Below are positions 5,955 through 13,319 of a DNA stretch of 19,320 bases, in pieces. The position numbers and the translations under genes were made by a program. The stretch covers positions 1-19,320 of IMG/VR virus record IMGVR_UViG_3300045988_032762. One strand, 5' to 3'. Origin of the DNA: a virus. How positions within the stretch are numbered: the first letter of the stretch is position 1; the number at the start of each line of letters is the position of its first letter. A model generated the notes under the pieces. That model was not told the origin of the DNA, made no database searches, and saw nothing but the letters and a program-made list of their open reading frames with translations.

Positions 5955-6308
5955 TCAGATCCCCGAAGGGGTGGTGGACACGAACGGCAATCCCTCGGCG
6001 GTAACCTTGGTATCGGTAAGGTTCTTGGTCGTATACTGTCCGCCACCGGTTGCCGGAACGCGGTTGAGAAGATGATTAAGGGCTGTGCCAAGTGCATTAG
6101 CGTTCGCTGAGCTCAATCCGAGTGCGGTGGCAAACGCTTTCAGCCCTTCCGGCAAAGATTCCGGCGTTGGGATTGCATCAATCCTATCCGACTGCGTTTT
6201 AAGCGTCGTGTCGAGGATATCCATTGAACGATTGTATTGGCCTTCGAGGTTTGGCGCGTCGGTTGCGTCATATTTTTCAAGATTATAATTAGTGGTTTTC
6301 TGGGTCAT
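5955..6308 (-). CDS. 117-aa short tail-fibre-like protein with the same N-terminal adaptor motif
   Basis: NYNLEKYDATDAPNLEGQYNRSMDILDTTL matches the adaptor motif. It has a strong AGGAGG RBS. Confidence 0.7.
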   Translation of the reverse strand: MTQKTTNYNLEKYDATDAPNLEGQYNRSMDILDTTLKTQSDRIDAIPTPESLPEGLKAFATALGLSSANANALGTALNHLLNRVPATGGGQYTTKNLTDTKVTAEGLPFVSTTPSGI

Positions 6309-6330
6309 TTTTCCTCCTATTTATTGTTTA

Positions 6331-6930
6331 TTATTTATGGGTTTTCATGTAATTGTTTTCCACAATGCCGTTGGCGAGATTTTCGACCGTCAACGCCGTG
6401 ACCGGCTCGCCGTCATCCACGTGCACGTCACGGGGGGTGATGCGCGGCTCCTTATTGTGGAAAATGGTTTTGTTGCCGAGCACGGCAAACTCAAGACAGG
6501 TGTGCGCTGCTGCCATAGGTACGGACAATTGCGCCATCTGGTTAACTCGCGCACCAAATACGGCCAATTCGCGGTACATGTCTCGATTCGTATTTTTTGA
6601 ATCCTCGTATTTGCCTCGTGTCGGATTATACGTCAAGTCCGAGTCTTCGTACTGGCCTACCTGCTTCTCTAGATCGTCCAAGGTTTTATTGATGCGCTCG
6701 AACTGCTCGCCGAAACCGGCGACAAGCTGTTTGATCGCTTCAATGTCGGCGTTTTCGTCCTTGGCGAGATTATCGAGCTGCTCTCTGAGCTCGTCTAAAT
6801 GCTCGGCCACCTCCTGCACATACCCGAGCACGGTCAGCGTATCACGGTAGCTAAACGGCTGAACCGTCGTAAAATATCGTTGCCTTGGGTCGATATCCAA
6901 GGGGGCGGCGCACATGTTGATTCCGTCCAT
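6331..6930 (-). CDS. Structural-module protein of unknown function (199 aa, central coiled-coil-like segment)
   Basis: The ORF track starts at a TTG (6942). The ATG at 6930 has a GGAGG RBS (6936..6940) 5 nt upstream. It lies between the lower collar and fibre genes. Confidence 0.65.
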   Translation of the reverse strand: MDGINMCAAPLDIDPRQRYFTTVQPFSYRDTLTVLGYVQEVAEHLDELREQLDNLAKDENADIEAIKQLVAGFGEQFERINKTLDDLEKQVGQYEDSDLTYNPTRGKYEDSKNTNRDMYRELAVFGARVNQMAQLSVPMAAAHTCLEFAVLGNKTIFHNKEPRITPRDVHVDDGEPVTALTVENLANGIVENNYMKTHK

Positions 6931-6964
6931 GTAATCCTCCAATCTGTCTTAAATCAAGTATACT

Positions 6965-7777
6965 CTAGTGGCCGAAATTGTAGGCGAGTGACGTGGAATA
7001 CAATTGTGGCACGTTGGTCATGTTGTCGCCACTCCCCCACATCCCCATAAACAGGTCTTCCAGCGAGTTGATTACCATCATGTCGATGTTGAGCATGGTG
7101 TTACGCCAGTCGAGCAGCAATTGTGATTGCGACCCGCTGGTGCCGAGCGTATGCGACATGCTATTACCCTTATCGGAGGAATGCGCATAGTCGGTATTGC
7201 TGGTGCTGGTTGCGGTGGCCGAGCTGTCCTGCTGCGTGCTGGTATGCGTATTGCCGAGCGAGTCAGTCTGGGATGCGCTTGTGGCAAATTTTTTGAAATC
7301 GTCAATACGGGTCTGTGGGAATTCCGAATTAAAGGTCATGGACGAATTGTCCGCCTTAGTGTCGGACGTGCTGTTCGCAGTGGATTCGTTGGATTGCGTG
7401 CCCGAAGATTTGCCAGAAGATTCGTTAATGCTGGTCGAGTCCATCTCCTGCCGAATGTCGGACGTGATGAAAGGGTCGAACTTGCGTTGCGCAGATAAAT
7501 ATAATTGGTTGTAATAGTCCATTTGTTCGCGCATGGTACGCCCCAAATAAAAGACGAACATTTGTGGCGTTTCACTGCCGATTTCGCGTAATGCGTAGTG
7601 TGCTACGATTTTCTCATTCAATTTAATGCGATAGTTTTCGTCGAAAATCGGATAATAAGCGGAACTTAAATGCAGTTTTTCGTCCGTATCGAACCCACGG
7701 TCAATCAGATTACCCAAGGTCAACGTATAGTCCGCCATACTGTCCTTGATGGCGTACATACTCAAGTCCTGTACCAT
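6965..7777 (-). CDS. Lower collar protein (phi29 gp11 analogue)
   Basis: It lies immediately downstream of the connector gene and is coupled to it by a TAATG overlap. It is 270 aa with a Ser/Thr-rich central region. The call rests mainly on position. Confidence 0.55.
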   Translation of the reverse strand: MVQDLSMYAIKDSMADYTLTLGNLIDRGFDTDEKLHLSSAYYPIFDENYRIKLNEKIVAHYALREIGSETPQMFVFYLGRTMREQMDYYNQLYLSAQRKFDPFITSDIRQEMDSTSINESSGKSSGTQSNESTANSTSDTKADNSSMTFNSEFPQTRIDDFKKFATSASQTDSLGNTHTSTQQDSSATATSTSNTDYAHSSDKGNSMSHTLGTSGSQSQLLLDWRNTMLNIDMMVINSLEDLFMGMWGSGDNMTNVPQLYSTSLAYNFGH

Positions 7778-8721
7778 TATTCCTCCTCTTTGTCGCCGTC
7801 AACGTCCAGCAGACCGCCGGACGTGGTGTCGTTCCATTCGATACTGATTGGGTATCCGGAATCGGCCATTTGCGGCCATAATCGGTTAATCGTATCGCAC
7901 GCCTGCTGGCGTGCCTTAAGATAGCTCAGTCGGAACACGTTCGTACGGCTATTGCCTGCCGTCACTTCGCTTTCGAGCAATCGTTCTTTTTTTTCGGTGG
8001 TGCTATTATCGATGCCTAAATAGTTGACTAATTCATTCCATATCTGTGTCTTGGTGGTGATGATCTTATCAGCCAAAAAGGGGGTGACGTTGGGGAATGT
8101 CTGGAACATGCCGGTAATGTCCGCCGAGTCGTACGTGTAAATATAGGGGTCACCGTCTTCCCTTGCCTTCATCAAATTTTGGGCGGTGAGTTTGTTGGTT
8201 TCGGACGTGGCGATGATCAGCGGAACGGAAATGTTATCAAGATTTACATCCAGCGCGCGGTCTGCGATGGCGAGTCGTGTCGCATAATTCCACATGACAT
8301 CAATCATCGTGCACCTGAGCTGGTTATCCCAAATGGGTACGCATTCCTTGCTGCCGATCTGCGGATGCGAATAGCTGGTAGCAACCGGCTGGAACGATGT
8401 CGGATTATTATAATTGTTTACCCCCCCGATATTGCCCGAAGTGACCATAAAACGGTTCACACCCTTGCGCTTGTCGGGGAAAAAGAGGGCGAGACCGTTT
8501 TCAAAAAGCGTCAATTCCAAATATCTTTCGTCAATATACGGGGGGAGGTTAATCCATTTAAAGCGACTTACGGCCAGCATTTCGATCAATTTCATATACT
8601 GGCTGATGCGTAATGATTGCCGCATTTCGGGGAGGTTAAGATTGCCCCACATGCTGCCGAGCACGCTCTGATTATCCCAGTGCGCGGCCTTGCGCGCATT
8701 ATTGCGTTTACCCATAATCAC
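7777..8721 (-). CDS. Upper collar / head-tail connector (portal), phi29 gp10-like
   Basis: RFKWINLPPYIDERYLELTLFENG and TEKKERLLESEV resemble gp10 LFEWENLPPTINPSFLEK and LEKKERMVTDEV. The track start is a GTG; the ATG at 8715 with an AGGA RBS is a likely alternative start. Confidence 0.88.
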   Translation of the reverse strand: MIMGKRNNARKAAHWDNQSVLGSMWGNLNLPEMRQSLRISQYMKLIEMLAVSRFKWINLPPYIDERYLELTLFENGLALFFPDKRKGVNRFMVTSGNIGGVNNYNNPTSFQPVATSYSHPQIGSKECVPIWDNQLRCTMIDVMWNYATRLAIADRALDVNLDNISVPLIIATSETNKLTAQNLMKAREDGDPYIYTYDSADITGMFQTFPNVTPFLADKIITTKTQIWNELVNYLGIDNSTTEKKERLLESEVTAGNSRTNVFRLSYLKARQQACDTINRLWPQMADSGYPISIEWNDTTSGGLLDVDGDKEEE

Positions 8722-8727
8722 CGTCCT

Positions 8728-8767
8728 AAAAAATAATGGAGAGAGTCTAATATGCTCTCTCCATTAT
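8728..8767 (-). terminator. Intrinsic terminator after the tail knob gene
   Basis: A 13-bp stem (ATAATGGAGAGAG at 8733..8745 with CTCTCTCCATTAT at 8755..8767) is followed by a U-run on the minus strand (plus-strand A-run at 8728..8733). Confidence 0.65.
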
Positions 8768-8772
8768 ACCCT

Positions 8773-11004
8773 TTAGTATGCGATGCCAGCTAGTGGCGCA
8801 TTGTCCGCATAGTCGGTGACACCGATCTTGTCGGGGTCGGTCCATACGGTCACGCCGGACTCAAAAATACCCTTGACGGTCAATCGGTATTCTTCGGGAC
8901 ATGTGCTCGAACGTACGTACAACTCATGGAGCTTCCAATATGTGAAATTACTCATGGCCATCAAATTTTCGGGCAGTTTCATAAACCGCTGGACGTAATA
9001 CCCGTACCTTAACCATACCTCACCGATGGCCTGCATGGCGGCTGGGGGTATCTGCCGGAAACGCACCATGACACCAATCAACCCGTTAGCCAAATTGAAT
9101 GCATCACCGCCCAACGCGCCCGACGTGGTAGGGGGTACCGTCTGTGTCTGCTGCACTTGGGCGTTGATACCGGCGATGGTGTTTTCGTAATCGCCTTGCG
9201 CGGTGGCCTGCGCCAACTGTCTGTTCGTGTCGGCTAGCTGCATGGTCTGCTGATTGGACAAATTTGTTTGCGCGAGCGAGTATGCATTGGCTTGTGAGGT
9301 TGTTGCGGCGTTGGTGGTAAAAGTGTTGGAGAGTGCTTGTGAGTTGCTGGACACGCTGTTATCGTATGATTGTTGGTTTGCCCATGCGCCGATGGCTGTT
9401 CCTGCGATAGCGCCTACCGCGCCTCCCACATTGCCGGTTGCGAGAGACCCGATGGCGTTGGCGGCACCTGACCCTACCGTGTTGATCTGATTCATACGAT
9501 TGTTAAAACTCAGGTTTTTCAAGGTCAGGTCGGAAGACATTTGAGCACTTTGATTGTTGATCGCCATCATTGCATTACGGTTCGCGGTGCCGAGCTTGTT
9601 TTGTTCGTTTGCGTACTGTGTGCCGATCTGTGCCTGAGCGTACGCGTTGTTGATGCCCATCTGGGTTTTCTGATACCCCCAATCGGCGCTCTGCTGCGCA
9701 TAGGCACGTGTGTAGGCACTGTTCGCGAGAGCCAAGGCAGACCCGTTATTGACGGCCATAAAGGTTGGAAAATTGGTGATGCCAAATGATGCGTTCAGCA
9801 TTTCGCCAGTATCGATCGGCAATCCTTTGCCGTCCGGCAACGGTTGACGGTCACCGAGATTGCCCGCATGATATCCGCGCGCGTAAAAATTCAAACGTGG
9901 AGAGGGGGGCGCATAATTCCACGTCTCCCTGATGATCAGATCGACAGATGGTATCTGCTCCGGCTCGTATGTGATGACCGTACCATTGAGACACGAGCAT
10001 TCGATATACGCGTAGGGGGCAGTAAGGAATTTCTTCAGATACTGGTATCGTTCCGGTAGCTGGAACATGTCGCGGAAATTTTTGAGGTTGATAATATCAT
10101 CATACCTGTCCTGACTGTCTGTAGCACTGGCTCCCATTTCCCAGCAATTGCCGATAAAATGCACGTCCTTACCGAAAAGTTTCGTGACTTTTGCACCCCA
10201 GTGTGTGAGTCTGTCAGGCAGTGACGGTACCGCGAAAATTCCGCAAATGCCCTGTGTGACCCATGGTGAGGTTGCTCCACCGTCAAAAAACCTGCCAATG
10301 TCTAGTGGATTGTCGAGGTAGTAGACTTCCGTTCCGTTTGCCTGTGATTCGAAAAAGCTGCCGCTAGCAGACTGGATAGTGGGGTTGTCTTTGGTGCCGG
10401 AGTCCACAGATAGGGAGGTGGTCGAAAGTATGATGATACCAAATTTCAAATTATGACCGTCCACTACGCCCATAAGCGGCTTCCAGTATTCGTTGGTGAG
10501 TACGGTGCATTTGCCCGTGTCGAGTCCTTCGGGCAAATCCAAATAGGTTTTGCCCCAGTCTTTCCATGCGTTTTCGTTGGCAACCCCAACATGCCCTCTT
10601 TCGACGTAGGCGTTGCCGAGCTGGATATCATGTTGGAAACTCTGCCACACATCCAATTGGATGTTGAGTTGCGTTGTGTTGGCGTTAATATAGTCGCATG
10701 TCTGGACGAAATAATACCAACTGCGTGGCGTGTCGAAATCATAATCGTTCGTGGCGATCAAATAATTATATTGGCTTGCTTGCGCGAACGGTACCGGCAA
10801 TCGTACCGGCAACCCGTATTTGGCCATGGTGCAGTCGGTAAATTCGATGCCATCCAAACGGTCGAAATACTCTTTTTGAGACTGCTTATCCCATTTGACA
10901 ATATCCCTGTACCCCATATCCCAAGGTACGTTACATAGTTTAAATCTTGTGTTTGGCGTCCACTTGGCGTACGAAAAGTTGATTGGCAAGTCGTTTGCGC
11001 TCAT
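8773..11004 (-). CDS. Tail knob protein, phi29 gp9-like, with a Gln/Asn-rich insert and a Gly/Ala-rich hydrophobic loop
   Basis: N-terminal WYYFVQTCDYINANTTQLNIQLDVWQSF resembles gp9 [29 protein letters not shown]. Size and position fit. It has an AGGAGG RBS. Confidence 0.8.
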   Translation of the reverse strand: MSANDLPINFSYAKWTPNTRFKLCNVPWDMGYRDIVKWDKQSQKEYFDRLDGIEFTDCTMAKYGLPVRLPVPFAQASQYNYLIATNDYDFDTPRSWYYFVQTCDYINANTTQLNIQLDVWQSFQHDIQLGNAYVERGHVGVANENAWKDWGKTYLDLPEGLDTGKCTVLTNEYWKPLMGVVDGHNLKFGIIILSTTSLSVDSGTKDNPTIQSASGSFFESQANGTEVYYLDNPLDIGRFFDGGATSPWVTQGICGIFAVPSLPDRLTHWGAKVTKLFGKDVHFIGNCWEMGASATDSQDRYDDIINLKNFRDMFQLPERYQYLKKFLTAPYAYIECSCLNGTVITYEPEQIPSVDLIIRETWNYAPPSPRLNFYARGYHAGNLGDRQPLPDGKGLPIDTGEMLNASFGITNFPTFMAVNNGSALALANSAYTRAYAQQSADWGYQKTQMGINNAYAQAQIGTQYANEQNKLGTANRNAMMAINNQSAQMSSDLTLKNLSFNNRMNQINTVGSGAANAIGSLATGNVGGAVGAIAGTAIGAWANQQSYDNSVSSNSQALSNTFTTNAATTSQANAYSLAQTNLSNQQTMQLADTNRQLAQATAQGDYENTIAGINAQVQQTQTVPPTTSGALGGDAFNLANGLIGVMVRFRQIPPAAMQAIGEVWLRYGYYVQRFMKLPENLMAMSNFTYWKLHELYVRSSTCPEEYRLTVKGIFESGVTVWTDPDKIGVTDYADNAPLAGIAY

Positions 11005-11015
11005 AAAATCCTCCT

Positions 11016-11055
11016 AAAAAATAATAGGTGTGGATAAAGTCTATCCACACCTATT
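11016..11055 (-). terminator. Intrinsic terminator after the major capsid gene
   Basis: A 14-bp stem (AATAGGTGTGGATA at 11023..11036 with TATCCACACCTATT at 11042..11055) is followed by a U-run on the minus strand (plus-strand A-run at 11016..11021). Confidence 0.7.
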
Positions 11056-11069
11056 CTATCGACTATCGC

Positions 11070-12794
11070 TTAACCTTTGGCAGCAATGATGACTTGAGTA
11101 CCACCTTGCGCTCCCGCAAACTTTGCGACAACGTTAACAGTACTTGCCACCTTACCGGTCAGCACACCGTTAGGGGTGATAGTCGCGTTACTGCCGCCAA
11201 CAATCCATAGTGCGAGATTGGTTACGTCGGCTTCATTGCCGTCCGTCTTGGTGGCAATGGCCTTAAGTGCCGTAGACTCATCGACTTTGATATTTTTATT
11301 ACCCCGAATCTCAATGGACTTGATGGCTCCCGTCTTCCAGCCGCCGAGCCATTCGCCGACAACCGGCACGGACAATGCTGCGGAAACCGTCTGGTCGATC
11401 TCGGGGTGGGCGGGGTCGATATAGGTTGCCTGAGCGGTGACCTTGAGGATTTCGGCGGTTTCGTCGAGACCGCAGCGCAGAATACCCCCGTTGTCGATCG
11501 AGGTGGACTGTGAAGTCGCACCCTCGACGGCATACTTTATGCCGATCGGCTGGAAGCTTGCAGCATCCTTATTGGCGCTGGTGATCTCAGACTCAACCTG
11601 CACCAAGTCACCGCGCGACACGTTCTCGGGGGTAACCGATGGCTGACCATATTTCATCACACGCAAGGTGAACTTTGGCGTGGATGTGGTGAGCGTATCC
11701 GGCAATGTCACGGACTCAGAGGAGCCTTCGCCCGTCCAAAACAGGACGGCATTCGCAAACGGATTAGGGGTAATGCTGCCCCTATGCTTGTAGAAAATGT
11801 TCCTCGTGCCGTCAATCGGATTCACGGGGGAATTCGTGGTTTCCAACATTTCGTCCCAACAAAAGAAGAAGTCTTCGGTGGTCAGCACGGCCTGAACCTT
11901 GCCACCGGCACCGCCGATACCAAACATGTCCTCGGGAATCGGAATGATACGATACGGCACGTTGACCTTATCGATATTAAAGGCTGCGGCCAATGCTTCC
12001 ACGTTGAGCGCTGCGATCACCTGCGGGGTCGCGAACAGAATCGCTTCGGAATCACGCCATGGGGTAACCCACGACATGGCATTATAGCGCGGCATGGCCG
12101 ACATTGGGGATGCCTTAAGTTCGTTCGCGGTCTGCTGAATCAAGCGCAAAAGATTTTTCGCATCCGCTTCGGTGGAGTCAGCGGCACCTACGTCCTTGGT
12201 GTGGACTCGGTAGAATCCACCCTTACGAGCATACTCGGCGAAACACTGTGTCTTCATCAGGTACATATCATTACGGTCCGAGAGAATCGGGGCGTTCATG
12301 ATTTCCGCAATGTAATCTGCCATTCCCGACTCGCCGTCGAAAGCGGTCAGCAGCGCGTCTTCAGGGATGGTGACGGGGTAGTAGTGGTCGAAAGTAAGGG
12401 GGTGGAATACGCTTGCGGTCGGCAGCGAATAACGCCCGTAAACATCGTCTCCAAGATATTCCTTGTTAAAGTTACGGGTGCGTGCCTTGACAAGGCCAAC
12501 CGCGGCCTGTTCATAAGTGCTTCCGTAACGCTTCAGAGTACGTGGGGAGCCGATCAGCTTGAGCGGGTCATCCCAATCAGCGTGCTGGATGTACAAGCCG
12601 ATCAAGCGCTGAATCAATACCCCCGTGAATTCGTCGCGTAAGTAAGGAAAATTGCGCATGGTATCCACCGCATTACGGATATTGCCCTGTGTCGCAGACG
12701 GAATACGCACCTGGAACTGCGGGGAAGTGGCGTTGCGGACGGCGTTGAAGATTTCAACGTCACCCTTACCAGCCAACGGTCGAATATTGGTCAT
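11070..12794 (-). CDS. Major capsid protein with C-terminal Big_2 (bacterial Ig-like) domain, phi29 gp8-like architecture
   Basis: 574 aa, directly downstream of the scaffold gene. The C-terminal ~80 aa (IEIRGNKNIKVDESTALKAIATKTDGNEADVT...VVAKFAG) is a typical Big_2 sequence. A terminator follows. Confidence 0.8.
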   Translation of the reverse strand: MTNIRPLAGKGDVEIFNAVRNATSPQFQVRIPSATQGNIRNAVDTMRNFPYLRDEFTGVLIQRLIGLYIQHADWDDPLKLIGSPRTLKRYGSTYEQAAVGLVKARTRNFNKEYLGDDVYGRYSLPTASVFHPLTFDHYYPVTIPEDALLTAFDGESGMADYIAEIMNAPILSDRNDMYLMKTQCFAEYARKGGFYRVHTKDVGAADSTEADAKNLLRLIQQTANELKASPMSAMPRYNAMSWVTPWRDSEAILFATPQVIAALNVEALAAAFNIDKVNVPYRIIPIPEDMFGIGGAGGKVQAVLTTEDFFFCWDEMLETTNSPVNPIDGTRNIFYKHRGSITPNPFANAVLFWTGEGSSESVTLPDTLTTSTPKFTLRVMKYGQPSVTPENVSRGDLVQVESEITSANKDAASFQPIGIKYAVEGATSQSTSIDNGGILRCGLDETAEILKVTAQATYIDPAHPEIDQTVSAALSVPVVGEWLGGWKTGAIKSIEIRGNKNIKVDESTALKAIATKTDGNEADVTNLALWIVGGSNATITPNGVLTGKVASTVNVVAKFAGAQGGTQVIIAAKG

Positions 12795-12810
12795 TGTTTA
12801 TTCCTTTCTT

Positions 12811-13092
12811 TTAGTCGAATAGATCTTCGATGGACTCTTGGGTTTCGTCGCCGTCACCGTCATTGTCGGTTGGGGCGGGTTCGGTGTATCCGAGCGTGTC
12901 CATCATGGCCTTGAGCGCGGCCAATTCCTTCTCGATCGAATCAAGTCGCGCGCTCACGTCCGGTTCGGACGGTTCCGGTTCCTGCTCAGGTCCTTTCGGC
13001 TTGATTTCATCATCGACGGTTTCGGTTCGCTTCTCTTCTTCGGTGGGCGGCGGGGTGGTGTTTTCGTCGCTCTCATTGTTTGGGTCTGCCAT
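12811..13092 (-). CDS. Scaffolding protein (gp7 analogue)
   Basis: 93 aa, very acidic, helical or low-complexity, immediately upstream of the capsid gene. It has an AGGAG RBS. Confidence 0.6.
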   Translation of the reverse strand: MADPNNESDENTTPPPTEEEKRTETVDDEIKPKGPEQEPEPSEPDVSARLDSIEKELAALKAMMDTLGYTEPAPTDNDGDGDETQESIEDLFD

Positions 13093-13127
13093 GCAAGCTC
13101 CTATCTATCGGCAATGTTTCCATCAAA

Positions 13128-13136
13128 ATTATATCA
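13128..13136 (-). promoter_or_regulatory. Candidate structural-gene (late) promoter, extended -10 TGaTATAAT
   Basis: On the minus strand GCATGATATAATTTTG lies just downstream of the terminator at 13146..13177 and about 35 nt upstream of the scaffold ATG. There is no recognisable -35. Confidence 0.5.
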
Positions 13137-13145
13137 TGCGGCGGG

Positions 13146-13177
13146 AAAATAAAATGACCCTCCAATCACGGAGGGTC
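13146..13177 (-). terminator. Intrinsic terminator downstream of the DNA polymerase gene
   Basis: GACCCTCC (13156..13163) pairs with GGAGGGTC (13170..13177). On the minus strand it is followed by AUUUUAUUUU. Confidence 0.75.
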
Positions 13178-13312
13178 TGAATCGTCCTATGTGAGCGCGA
13201 GTCGAAAATCGTAGGGCACTACCGCCACAGTAGCAAATCATGGTTGGCGGCGTTTTCAGCCGAGGCAATCCAACCTATGTCTATCCCAGTCGAAAGTCAA
13301 CGCTCGAAAGAC
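13146..13312 (-). ncRNA. Candidate structured non-coding RNA of about 165 nt (possible packaging RNA, pRNA)
   Basis: The unit is bounded by the extended -10 TGCTATGAT (13319..13327, overlapping the polymerase stop codon) and the terminator at 13146..13177. It has no ORF with an RBS. It contains GC-rich complementary segments: GGTTGG/CCAACC, CCGCCA/TGGCGG and GAAAACG/CGaTTTTC. Confidence 0.3.
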
Positions 13313-13319
13313 AAACATA

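Noticed and set aside
11784-12641. Long plus-strand ORF (285 aa) inside the capsid gene region. Similar long plus-strand ORFs lie at 15898..16803 (301 aa), 5076..5681 (201 aa), 1098..1544, 10453..10938 and 6353..6850.
   Set aside because: All lie antisense to minus-strand genes with clear homology or motifs. They have odd composition (rich in Arg, Cys, Val and Gly), no RBS and no promoter. They are typical shadow ORFs in moderately GC-rich coding DNA.
13093-13319. A tRNA or small protein gene in the largest intergenic gap.
   Set aside because: No cloverleaf-like arms or T-loop consensus were visible. The only ATG-initiated frames (20 and 37 codons) lack an RBS.
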